Shown here: in pieces, positions 24,281 to 34,967 of the stretch
How positions within the stretch are numbered: the stretch's first letter is position 1
Layout of the letters: every line of letters begins with the position of its first letter
Notes under the pieces: generated by a model
The model's input: only the letters and a program-made list of their open reading frames with translations
The model's database searches: none
Told to the model about the DNA's origin: nothing
Source: Fimicolochytrium jonesii
Lineage: Eukaryota
Direction: 5' to 3'
DNA length: 64,000 nt
Assembly: GCF_025526975.1 (NCBI RefSeq)
Contig: NW_026515676.1
Location: 186,001 to 250,000, forward strand
Position numbers and translations under genes: made by a program

Positions 24281-26214
24281 GGTTGGACGACGGTTCCATG
24301 CCACTTTTAGTCTAGCGATGGAATAGATATTGGAATTAGTGGCTTCAATGAGGAAACAGATGGAGCAACTCCTTACCCACATCATGCGTCTATGAGTAGC
24401 GCTTTCAGATGCAGACAGCGCATCAGTTCCCAGAGAAGTTCAGTCCAGTGCATGAGAGGCGGCCAGTTTAAATCCATTATGGCACGTGATCCACCACGGT
24501 CAATTGAATAGCGGCAGATAAGCCATCGATCCACCGACAGACCGACTTCCTTCTCCCTCTCCATCCGGCGATCGCACGGCAAGAGATATCTAAGAGCATA
24601 CAGACTGGGCCCAGCCTCTACAACCCTGTGCACTGTACGCCAGCCGTTGTGGTGAACTGTGTTGCGCGCTCCATAAATATGGCCGCCAGGTACGTTTACG
24701 AGTTCGGCTCATCTCAACCATCGCTCGAGCTGTCAAATCTGGCCATCTGGTTCCTTCCGACCCACCAGCCATTGCTTTCGTCCTTGTCATTTCCCCAAGC
24801 CGGTGCTAATGGTTTCATTCCTTTTCGCTCTGGTTCCTGCAGGCTTCCGACTCCTTGCAAGTTTGGCTGCAGCGTGACTCATACCTTTCCCATCGCCTCT
24901 CGTCAGTCGCCCATCTGGTGCCAAGTCGGTTGAAAGTCCAAAGCCGAGTTGTGTCCTCGTTCAAAAAGCAGAGCCTAGACTTCATCGACACTGTGCCATG
25001 CTTCTTGCTCGCCGTCATTCACATCAGCGCCTTCCGCGGTGTCAAGATGTGCATTCCAAGCGCTCTGGCAATTCCTGTCAGTGGCACCGACGTTGCTGAT
25101 ATTGATCATCACCAGCTTAACGTATCCGTGGGAGACTTCACATCTGCTCTGGCTATGGATCATTTTTCCACAAGATGGTGGTCTCGATCAAGAGTTACAA
25201 CCGGCCTCGAAACACTTTCGACAGTGACAATTTCCGAACGGCATCAGTGCTACGGAGCGGACTAAATATCGTAAACGCCAACCTCTCATAGAACTGAGGC
25301 TCGCCATGCGGCGGATTGCTAAACATCTCTGCCGGCTCTGTTGAAGTAATGACCAAAGTTCACTCACTTCTCTACTCCCTGTCTTTGTCTTCGTGGCGCC
25401 GTCCACTCGCTGTCCCTCGGTGTGGCGAGCTCCTGCCGAAACTCCGGTCGCTCTGCTCAACGACTAAGAGGACGCCAATGGAAAACCGACTTTGCGCAGC
25501 GCACTACCTTCGAGATGGAGAAGGAACGACCGTACCGAGTAGCGCGAAAGGACATCCAGGATATTATGCTCCCAAGCCGATGGAAGGAATACCAAGATGT
25601 CCCCGCGCACATGTACACCCGTGTACATGGAATCTTCTCTCGCTCAGCCTTCGCCACACGATCCCCTGCCCATACAGCAATGCGAAAATGGGAAAAGGAG
25701 GTCGCAGCACAATCATTTTCGTCGTAATTAGCGACCTGCCCACACCAGTCCGGCAATGCGCAAAGGCATTCCCCGCCACTCACGGTATCCGCGCCACTCG
25801 GGACGACCTCGAAGACCCGATAGCGCTACTTCGGCAGGCAGCCTTCCCCCGAATTTGCGGACGGTGGTGCGCGAGCGGAAAGGCCAACCGGACATTTCGC
25901 ATTGCCACCGACAACACCCTCATCACCAGCACCAGGAAGGCCTTCACCGCGGAATTTGTCACCAGGTGTACTATTGTTAGACATCGACAGGGCCCGCTTC
26001 CGCTGTCAGTTGGTCGGTGCGCCCGAAGGATCGCCAAAGGTCATTATCGTCCATATTGCACCAAACACTTCCCTGACGGTTCGAACAGCCGAAACCTTGA
26101 GAGTGCGGAACCAGGACGTTGCTGCCCAGAAAGTGGAGTTTCCAAACGCTGTCCGCGAATTGGAGGTAAACAAAGTGCAAGGCCGCCTTCGAATCATTAC
26201 CCGGAGCAATATCT

Positions 26215-26490
26215 GGGAGGGCATTAAGTCGGCAGAGGGAATCAAGCTCCCGGCAGAGGGAGTCGAGGGCAAGGTCGCGGCGGAGGGAATCAAGGGCAAG
26301 GTTCGGCGAACACAAACAATACGGAATCAACACCTCGCGGCAGAGGGCAAGGTCCGGCGAACACAAACAATACCCAATCAACATCTCGCGGCAATACCCA
26401 ATCAACACATCACGGCAGAGCGAATACAAACAACACCCAATCAACAACTCGCTGCAGAGCGAATACAAACAACACCCAATCAATATCTCG
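26215..26490 (+). repeat. Nested imperfect tandem repeats (AEGxxGKV; RxQTxPNQxLAAE, ~39-bp unit)
   Basis: gcagagcgaatacaaacaacacccaatcaa and ggcaaggttcggcgaacacaaacaatac units recur. Confidence 0.8.
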
Positions 26491-26629
26491 CATCACAGAC
26501 CCCACCAAAATACAATCACATCGAAATCGATTATCTGTGCCATGTACCGTACGACCTGCTCTACCGGCGGATATCAGCAAGGTCAATGGAGCCAAGTACA
26601 AGTATGTCACCGTTGACACGTTTTAGGCA

Positions 26630-27300
26630 ATGACGCAGGGTACCCTGGATGGTAGGGATGGAGGATGGAAAACGGCAACGACAAGTCGGCAGGATCCTAG
26701 ATTCCGAACTCGACGCGGTCACCCGGCAACGAATGCACAATCAGTGATTCACGGAGCAGTGTGGACGACCACGACATCTGGCGGAAAAGCGAACCAGGGC
26801 AAATTCCCGCGACCCACGGCTGAGAGCGTCGACCTCAAATCCTCGAGAGGCTGGGCGCAATACCTGGAATTCGCGGAGCATGCTACAGCCCACAAGCGTA
26901 TGGCCATCTGCCACGAGTGGATAGACCCCACTGGCCATACTAGACGACGGAGGGTCGTCGACAGTCTTCGCCCAAAGTCAGCGAAACATCCCACCTGGCT
27001 CCCCGGGCACCATGTGCGTTATCAACTTCAACGTCACAGCCGACTGCCACGTGAACCCCAACAACCACGGGTACACCGTCCAGTACGTTCACGGACGCTT
27101 TGATGCTGGTGATCTCACCTTTTGCAACCTATCCGTTCGCGCCTCCACACCGTCAGGAACGAATACCATGCTCCGTACCCAGCGAGTAGAGCACACGGTC
27201 CTCGACTGGGGACCTCGACAAGGAGAAAACTGGACCACCACCTGGCGCTTTAGTCAACCAACAACGATGCCGCGAGACGTCTTAGCCGCCGCCACCACGT
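26630..27300 (+). pseudogene. TET/JBP-family 2OG-Fe(II) dioxygenase-like, copy 1 (one frameshift near 26970)
   Basis: RGHP..IHGAVW; MCVINFNVTADCHVNPNN; HGRFDAGDLTFCNLSVR..PSGT..LRTQRVEHTV; WRFS. Matches the TET/JBP pattern N.n.t..HxD..D / G.f.gG.L.l..l.l....pG / H.v / R.S. Confidence 0.75.
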
Positions 27301-27957
27301 CCCCGAGTGCAAGGGGTCGCGCATCCGGTTCACCTTCCAGTGCATGCCGGCCCATTCCTAAGGAACCCCGTAGCGAGGCCGCATGGAGGAGCTCCTCCAC
27401 AACTACCTACTGCTCTAAAGGAACCCGACGACGTTGAAAGAACCGCAACGAGTACAGGCTCTGCAAGTTGCAACCGCGGAAGCCGCAGCGGATCTCTCGT
27501 TCCACACCCGAGTGGTCGAGTATGGCAACTGGGACGCATTCAGGTTGTACCAGCTTAGTCAGCTCCAACGGGAACGGATGGCTCGGCGCCGGCGGAATAG
27601 TCTTCCCCTTCAAACATCTGTGCCTCAGTTGCGCTGATTGACTCCGTGACTCGAAATTCGTTGACTGGACCGCCATCCCATCCGAATGATCAGTCCATTC
27701 ACTCTACACATCATCAATATGGTCAGATCACAGCCATTCTCCACAGACGAATTCTCCATTCAGGATCCTTATGAAGGAGAAGTCGTCCATGGGGAATGTC
27801 GGTGACACATGACCTCCACTCCAACACCTCAGTCGACGATACTCATCCGGCTCTTAACGGCACCCTAACTCTTCGGCACATTCGCGTGCACCGTGAGCGG
27901 TCTTTATCTCCTTCCATTGAATTGCCGACTCTCTGGATCCCATCAGTCAGCAGAGCA

Positions 27958-28460
27958 ATGGAAGGCGATTATAGGGACGACGACGACGACCAGGGTCGCC
28001 CCGTCGCTTCGTCCTCTGCCAGCGTAACCTCGGGGATCGTCCCCGCCGTGTGCTGGTTGTGCGGTAATCTCCGCGACGGAGATATGTTCCTCACCCCCTG
28101 CCTGCACCACATATGCCGGGAGTGCATCTTCGCGGCCTCGGAGCAGGTACGTCTAGTAGCATCGGTTGTACCCAGACCGTTCCCTCACATTACAACCCCT
28201 CAGTGCGATGGGGAACCATTCCGCTGCGGCGGTCGCAACAAGAGTGGGGTCAAGTGCCGGAGGGAACTCCAGTTCTCCGGTACCCCCTTCCACTGCTCAG
28301 ACCAGGAGTGCCCCAGCGACATGAACAGTCGGTCCTACGCCTGTGTCGACCTCACGTGTGAGAGAAGCGTTGCGACTAGCGACCGAGATTGCGACTTAAG
28401 GTACCGAAAGGACAACTACGAGAATCTAGCGAAGCATCTGGCTACTACCCACTCGTTCCC
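27958..28460 (+). pseudogene. RING-finger plus degenerate C2H2-like protein (in-frame 57-bp intron 28147-28203)
   Basis: CWLC..TPCLHHICREC..FRC; gtacgt...cctcag intron; DCDLRYRKDNYENLAKHLATTH. Confidence 0.65.
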
Positions 28461-28810
28461 ATACTCAACCTCAGTATTCCAGACAGCCAGTCGATACGCG
28501 AAAAGATGGCGAACGGTGGCAAGAAAGACGGGAACGGAAAGAAGAGCGGCGACGGAGAGAACGGCAAGAAGAAGAAGCAGACAGCCCGCAAGACGGGGAC
28601 GCCGGCAGTCCCTCCAGCTGTACCTCCGCCGGGACCCTCAAAACCGACTACGCGCTCAACGCGCGCATCCTCCGCAGCGGCCGCAAGTGACTCGTCTATG
28701 TTGAAGTCCCGTGTGAGAGAAGCTCTGCGACTAGCGACCGAGGTTGCGACGATTTGGTATCGAAAGGACAACTACGAGAATCTCGCGAAACATCCGGCGG
28801 CTACCCACGC
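28369..28810 (+). repeat. ~85-bp direct repeat pair (28369-28452 and 28726-28808)
   Basis: tgcgactagcgaccgag..cgaaaggacaactacgagaatct..gctac is present twice. Confidence 0.9.
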
Positions 28811-29123
28811 GAGGGTCCAGAGATCGAAGAAAAAGAAGGGTTCTTTCGAGGCGTTGATGGAGAAAGCGGACTACCTTGGGTGCAAGGCAGTGTCGGAGTC
28901 GAGGTACAAGAGCAAGGGTGGCATTTCGAAGGAGAAGATGAAGGAAGCAAAGCGCCGCAGCGACGCGGCCGAGACAAACGAGAGGGATAAATTGAAGAAA
29001 CGACTTGCGTACTTAAAGAAGCACATGGAAGAGTCGTCTTCGGAAGAGGAGAGTGACGGTGACGGAAACGGTGGGGAGTGTGTGAGTGCTCCGAACACGT
29101 TAAGGGGTAAGTTCCCTTCGTAA
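28506..29123 (+). CDS. Lys-rich ORF containing the histone H3 tail motif KQTARKTG; possibly the N-terminal part of the H3-like gene, probably decayed
   Basis: MANGGKKDGNGKKSGDGENGKKKKQTARKTGTP; motif at 28575-28598. Confidence 0.5.
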   Translation: MANGGKKDGNGKKSGDGENGKKKKQTARKTGTPAVPPAVPPPGPSKPTTRSTRASSAAAASDSSMLKSRVREALRLATEVATIWYRKDNYENLAKHPAATHARVQRSKKKKGSFEALMEKADYLGCKAVSESRYKSKGGISKEKMKEAKRRSDAAETNERDKLKKRLAYLKKHMEESSSEEESDGDGNGGECVSAPNTLRGKFPS

Positions 29124-29353
29124 CTCTCGTGGTAATCGCCCGCCGTTAACCTTGACGTAACCTTAGCGACATGGAAGTGGCAAGGTGGACTAATGATCAG
29201 CCCAGATCAACCCGGCTCCCAGATTGAGTTTCGCCATCCCCGGTCAGGGGAGTGTTCAAAACGGCACTAATCTTCAGTTTGGTACGTCAGATTGGTCATC
29301 CGCCGAAGTGCACGTTCCCGAAGGCACTGACTCTGCGACGAAGATTGGGCGGA

Positions 29354-29605
29354 TATCGGTCGGGCGAGTTGGCAGAGGCAGAGATAAAACACTATGCCCA
29401 TACATATGGATCGGTGATCTTGAAGTCGCCCTTCAGGAAGTTGATAGAGGAGATTGACTTTGAAGTGTCCCGGGCGCACAATCAGAGCATCGCGACAACC
29501 CCGGGGGCGACGCCGTTCGCTGAAAGGCATCGCTGGTATCAAGAGGCAGTCGATGCCCTCCAGGAGGCCGCTGAGACGTGCATCAGCGCCCTCTTCTCAG
29601 ACTCG
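29354..29605 (+). pseudogene. Divergent histone H3/CenH3-like histone fold (alphaN to alpha2), C-terminally truncated
   Basis: YRSGELAEAEIKHYAHTYGSVILKSPFRKLIEEID..RWYQEAVDALQEAAETCISALFSDS aligns with H3 [59 protein letters not shown]. Confidence 0.85.
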
Positions 29606-30530
29606 CTTCATGAGGACGGTCAACACCCTCACCGCAAACTTGCGCAAACGGGAACGCCTAGAGCAGCCTGAGAGCGTCGGAGGAACACCGGGTGTATTGC
29701 GAAAAGCTGGACAAACTCGACGCCGTGGTCGATCCTCTGACTGAGGATGCGGCCGCGAGAACGATTCAAGCGGCGACTGAGGTGTGGCGATTAATCATGA
29801 AGTGCCGCGAGGGGAAACCTGGTATTCTCTACAAGCTGGCAAGGAAGAGTTGGGAAGCACGCCTGCTCGACACAACGGTCAGCTAGTCGAGTTACCACCC
29901 CCGGCCAGAGGACGACCTTTGCGCCAGCCGATCTCGAATGAAGGATACTGGAATTGCCCTGTGGTCCTACCTCCGTGCTTCCTCTACGTGAGCGGAGAGG
30001 AAAAACCCTCGCCGCACTTTCCGACTTCGGTTGAGAATCCTATGGAAGCAACGGCTGCTAAAACCCTCTTGGATCGCCTGCAGATGAAGGGCGTCCCGAT
30101 GTCGACCGTGGGAGTCCGACTCCCTACCGAGGCCAGCTTGCGAACATCCGCGAGGTACTTGGCCAAGCCATCGAAGAAAGACACATCCCAGCATCGGTCG
30201 GCAGAGTGCCGAAAGAACCCACTCATCCAACATCACACCAGCTTCCCACCCACAGCATGCGTCCTTTCACGATCTGTATCTGCGTCTGGCTCTTTGCTAG
30301 CTGCTGTTCGGCGTTCAGCTTTCGATCGTTGCTCGGTTTGGACCAGCGAGACGACGAGGACCACGATGAGGACGAAGCCTATGAAGACGACCCCGACGAA
30401 CAAGACGGCTCGACAGAACGGGGCAAGTCCCACCGCGCAGGGTATACCTGCATTGCGGAACGCCGAGCGCAGTGGTGGTTGGTACAAGCCGTGCAGAATC
30501 GCGACGGTCCACCTGAACCTGCCGGCTGGC

Positions 30531-30763
30531 CTGAAGATGTGGATGAGGATGAGCGTCATTACTTCTCATTCGAGTATCATCTCGAGTTGGCTCATGTTTC
30601 GGCACATGGAATTGCTGCACGCCAAATGACGCTCATCCTCCTCCACATCTTCAGTTGGCTCATGTTTCGGCGCACATGGAATTGCTGCACGCCAAATGAC
30701 GCTCATCCTCCTCCACATCTTCAGTTGGCTCATGTTTCGGCGCACATGGAATTGCTGCACGCC
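30531..30763. repeat. 70-bp tandem repeat (~2.5 copies) containing an inverted copy of upstream 30531-30560
   Basis: aatgacgctcatcctcctccacatcttcag (30625-30654 and 30695-30724) is the reverse complement of 30531-30560 with 1 mismatch. Confidence 0.92.
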
Positions 30764-31219
30764 CAAGAGCAGCGCGACGGGGAAGCGAGATGGCTTGTGA
30801 TGTGCCCCCGATCACCAGAAAACACGGGCGCGACGAGGACGACAAGGACGAGGGTGGTCGACGCCAGGAGAAGCGCGGTCGTCGTATGTAGGTGTAGGGC
30901 GCGGGCGCCGGCCCCTTGGACCCAGAAGCTCCAAAGACACGGGTCAGGGGTACATGCACTTCAACAAGCCTGTTCTCTACACCAAACGGCGGGTGGATGT
31001 AATCGCCGTGCTGTTGCCTTGGATGATCCATCCATGTACGACCTGTCGGAGATGCACTGGCAGATGGGCAGGAGGAGACGGAGACGACGATCGCCGTATT
31101 CCGATACCTCTGGATCCTATACGAGCCAACGATCGTTACCCGCATGGTCGATGGCCACCAGGTCGAGTTTTACTGGTGGCCACTCGACCAAATGAGGCAC
31201 ATCAGGACGCTGCAGAGGC

Positions 31220-31564
31220 GTGCCCGCTCGGCGGCTGCCTTCGGCCTCTGTCGAGTGGATTCAGAGGCGCGAATCTACACTGGGGGAGTTCGACGCGTGG
31301 ATCAGAAAAGTGAGAAAGTACGCTGCGGTCGATGTCCCCCTCAAGCACGATCTTTTCCCAAAGGATGTGGACAAGTTGCGCAAGCACCACTGGCGGTGTA
31401 CCACTTGTGGGTTCGAGTTCAAACACCTGAACAATCAACCTCCCTCGGCACACGTACGCTGGCACAGCACGGAGCTTCAAAAGCACTACGAGGAGGACTT
31501 CTCCAACGAAGACTATCCCGAGGAGGAAAAGGAGCGAGCGAGAAAAAGACGTCGCCGCGAGTAG
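31220..31564 (+). pseudogene. C2H2-like zinc-finger-containing ORF fragment
   Basis: WRCTTCGFEFKHLNNQPPSAHVRWH, then an acidic stretch and a basic RARKRRRR tail. The upstream part is frameshifted. Confidence 0.5.
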
Positions 31565-32240
31565 TTGTTCGTAGTCCGTACGTACTTCATCAACACTCGG
31601 GACAAGGGCGGGCATGTGAAGGGAGTGCCAGAGTGCAGCTGATCTACGGAGGGTCTCTGCAGCGTATACTGCAAGATACCATGCAAGATACATTCAATTT
31701 GCCAGCATTACGACTGAACCCGCCCAGGCTCTGGCGCGCCTCCTGAGGGCCATGAGGCTCGGGACATTCAAGGAGAATACGGCAATCGCGTTCAGGTCAA
31801 CGCTATAGCGACCGCGATCGCCTACAACGACCTTTCCGAGGTTCGCGCTTTCTTGACGACTGGCTAGGAAATACGCAACCTCGCAGATGCCTTTCGTCCG
31901 TATGCCCAAGCGACCGGACGTACTGGCATCACTATGGCGCTTGATCCAGACTCAGACACTCTTTCCGAGCGGGGCACTGATACAGGCGAACGCGCAGGGG
32001 AGGTTCGAGACGCTGAGGAGAGTGATCGAGAACCTTCAAAACCACTGGAACTCGACCCAGACTGCTGCGTGCGCGGAAGCACATCACGGTTACAACTACA
32101 AGTTGGATAAGCCGCACCGCGTGTGTAGCACGCAAAACAAACCAACCATGCGGTGGCTCAACCTCTCCTTGGCTACAGAGGCCCCTCTGTGAAAGCTGAC
32201 CCTGACCCACGGCTGAGAGTGTCGACTTGAAGTTCCGGTC

Positions 32241-33480
32241 TTGAATTGCGGTCGACATCCAGCGACGGACACGCAGGCGGTAATCCACGGAGGAGTGTGG
32301 ACCACGACGACCTCCGGTGGGGAGACGAACAAGGGCAAATTCCCCCGCCCCATGGCCGAAAGTGTGGACTTGAGGTACGGCCGCGGGTGGGCAGAGTACC
32401 TGGAATTTGCGGGGAACGCCACGGCCCACAAACGAATGGCTATCTGCCACGAGTGGATCGACAGCAACTGACAGGATAGTTCGCGTCTTCGCACAACACT
32501 CCCCCGACTCGAGCTGTCCAAAAGTCAGGCTGTCCAACTTCCACTCTCAACTCCATAACAATGAACAACACACTCCCTCTCCGACATCCACATCCACTCA
32601 ACCCGTCAGTATGCCAAACGGACCAATCTGCCCGATCTGTATGATCAACCCTGGCACCCACTGCGGTCCGTGTGGGCACCTATATTGCCGTACGTGTATC
32701 GTCGGCCAAATGGTGACCCACTTGCACGCCCCACGCTGTGGCGTTTGTCGGTGAGTGGGGCGAAGGGGTAATCCAACTGATAAACGTGTATTGACTGCTT
32801 CTCTTAGAGGCCCTTGGCCAATTTACTTTAATCCGGGACGCCACGACCGTCAGTGCTGCATGTGCGGCACCTGGATCTCGTGTCGTACGATCAGCTCGTG
32901 TGGCATCCACACCGTATGCAATTCATGCTCCATTTTCCTCGTCCGGTGCACGAATCAAGTTCGTTGCCCGTCTTGTTATGTGGCTTTTGACTTCCCGCCG
33001 CTCACTTGGCTCCGAAAAGTTATTATTTAACGACACGGCGTGTAGTGTAGACTTTACTATCGTAATCCGCCATGCTCGACGAAGGAAGGTCATCGACAAC
33101 CTCCCCGCGCAATGCCAACGCAACATTCCCGCCGGCTCCCCCGGTACTATGTGCGTTCTCAACTTTAACGTGACAGTAGACTGCCACGTGAACCCCAGCG
33201 ACCACAGGTACACCGTCCAGTACGTTCACGGACAGATCTTCAACTGATCAATCGGAATGCGGATTTCACACACGTACGTCTGCAAACTGATGACCCAGGA
33301 TTGGGTTACCAATTCTGGTGTGGAGCCAGTGACGTTGACGGTTCGAAGCTGGGAACCTCGCCTTCCGCAACCTGTCCCTCCGCGCCACCCCGTCCGGAAC
33401 GATCACCATGGTCCTCAAGGCGAAAGCTGGACCAACACTGGCGTTTTAGTCAACCAACTACGATGCCGCGCGACGATATA
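32241..33480 (+). pseudogene. TET/JBP-like copy 2, split by insertions (32469-33067 and ~33233-33338) and lacking the distal His
   Basis: Paralogous to copy 1: IHGGVWTTTTSGG..AICHEWIDSN | RHARRRKVIDNL..MCVLNFNVTVDCHVNPSD..HG | RFEAGNLAFRNLSLR..WRFSQPTTMPRD. Confidence 0.75.
32611..33030 (+). CDS. Small tandem RING-RING protein (putative E3 ligase), 2 exons 32611-32750 and 32808-33030
   Basis: CPIC..PCGHLYCRTC..RCGVCR|GPWP..CCMC..SCGIHTVCNSC..RCPSC. The gtgagt...ttgac...tag intron joins the exons in frame. Confidence 0.8.
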
Positions 33481-34223
33481 TCTGCTAGGACGACCCGACC
33501 TCCATGATGAGTGGGTGAAATACAGGGGAGGATCATGGCCCACTACGGAGAGAAGTATTACCCTGAAGCTCCACCTGCTACGCCGACCAAAGCGACTGGC
33601 ACTTTGCGGCGTGGCCGGACAACGAGCGGACCAATGCGTATAGCACCGGGCTCGGCAAAACCAGGGCACTCTGTCAGGTGGAAGAGGGTTCCTACATGCG
33701 CCACCTCGTTGACGCCATCTTCACCTATATGGACCAGCATAGTTAGCAGAACGCGCAGAAGATCATTGTGAACCAAGAAGGCCGGTTCGAGTACTTCCGC
33801 ACCATGTTACGGAACCTCGGCGGTCTTGTGGAGGACAAGGTCCTGACCATCCTGAACAAAGTACGGGAGGAGTGCAAGACGCACAAGGAGGACATCAAGC
33901 AAGATTTAGATGACCTCGCCACTGGCTGTACATATTGGGACAGGACGGATATTACAAGATTGATCCAACACACCATTTGGCTGCTCTGATGATTGCGCAG
34001 ACATCTCGTACAATAGCGCGGGTCGTCGCGAACATGACCTGCGGCTGGGGCTCATCGTCGAGTCCTGTGGATCCCGGCCGGCTCTGGTTCGATGGAAGGC
34101 TTCAAGGGGAACAATGCACGCCGCGGGGCTCTCGTCGTGGCGTCAAGCACTAGGGATATGCCAGGGGGACGTCGCACTATTCAATGAAAGGAAGGGCAGA
34201 CATGTTGGCGAAGAAGTTTCTCG

Positions 34224-34967
34224 TTGCCACGGAAAACCTTCACCAAGCGTCTGCTGCAGGAGCTCGCCAAACGCAACCCCACCGCGGCGGCCTACCTGAT
34301 GATGTCCATGCCAGAGGTGTACGGGCCACATTCCGATGAGTTCCCCCCGCTGTTCGCCACTACCAACTATCAAGTGGTCGTTCACTCCGACCCGTCGGAC
34401 GACGGCGTAGCCGGCGAGCTGAACCCGCACACAGGCCGCGCCACATGGAAGCTGACCCCCAAGGAGGAGCTTCCGGAGGAGCTTCCGGAGGAGCCTCAAG
34501 CCCGCAAGCCATGCACGCAATGGGTGGCAGGCTACGCCGCCGCTCCGCCAACCGTCGTCGGCGAGTGGATATTTGCGCTGCCAGAGCAAGGCTTCTACTT
34601 GGTGCTGCAACACGGGGATCTCACGGGAGGGCCATATCCAGAAGGCCTACGCATCCACACACGGGCCCTTGCCGCGTCCTTCAGACAAAAGAAATGGGCT
34701 GAATACGTCAGTGCTCGACTGCTGGATGGAGATACTGAAAAAGAGGCGACGGATGCGGCTAAAAGGGCGGGGATCCGATTGACAGGTTCCGAGGAGGACG
34801 CATCCGAGACGGTAACATGGCTTAGCCAGAGTGTGCGGCTGCAGACCATCCGCCGGGCCGAGTCACTCACTAGGCAAGTGTGGCCCCGCGAAGTTGTGAT
34901 CGGCACAAAACAGTGCCCTGGGAAGCGCGAAGCTACCATGCGTAGGATTACGGCTGAACGCCTCTAA
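34224..34967 (+). CDS. Orphan ORF in island (247 aa, true start uncertain)
   Basis: Long open frame with natural composition; no family recognised. Confidence 0.45.
   Translation: MPRKTFTKRLLQELAKRNPTAAAYLMMSMPEVYGPHSDEFPPLFATTNYQVVVHSDPSDDGVAGELNPHTGRATWKLTPKEELPEELPEEPQARKPCTQWVAGYAAAPPTVVGEWIFALPEQGFYLVLQHGDLTGGPYPEGLRIHTRALAASFRQKKWAEYVSARLLDGDTEKEATDAAKRAGIRLTGSEEDASETVTWLSQSVRLQTIRRAESLTRQVWPREVVIGTKQCPGKREATMRRITAERL

Noticed and set aside
24380..25300. Minus-strand HLDTAEG as a JmjC HxD motif
   Set aside because: The surrounding frames are full of stops and no other JmjC elements are visible.
30440..30600. Chromodomain-like WWLVQAV..HYFSFEY segment
   Set aside because: It lacks the YLVKW/TWEP core; too weak to call.
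30585..30763. CRISPR-like array
   Set aside because: The intervening segments are identical rather than unique spacers, the context is eukaryotic, and there are no cas genes.
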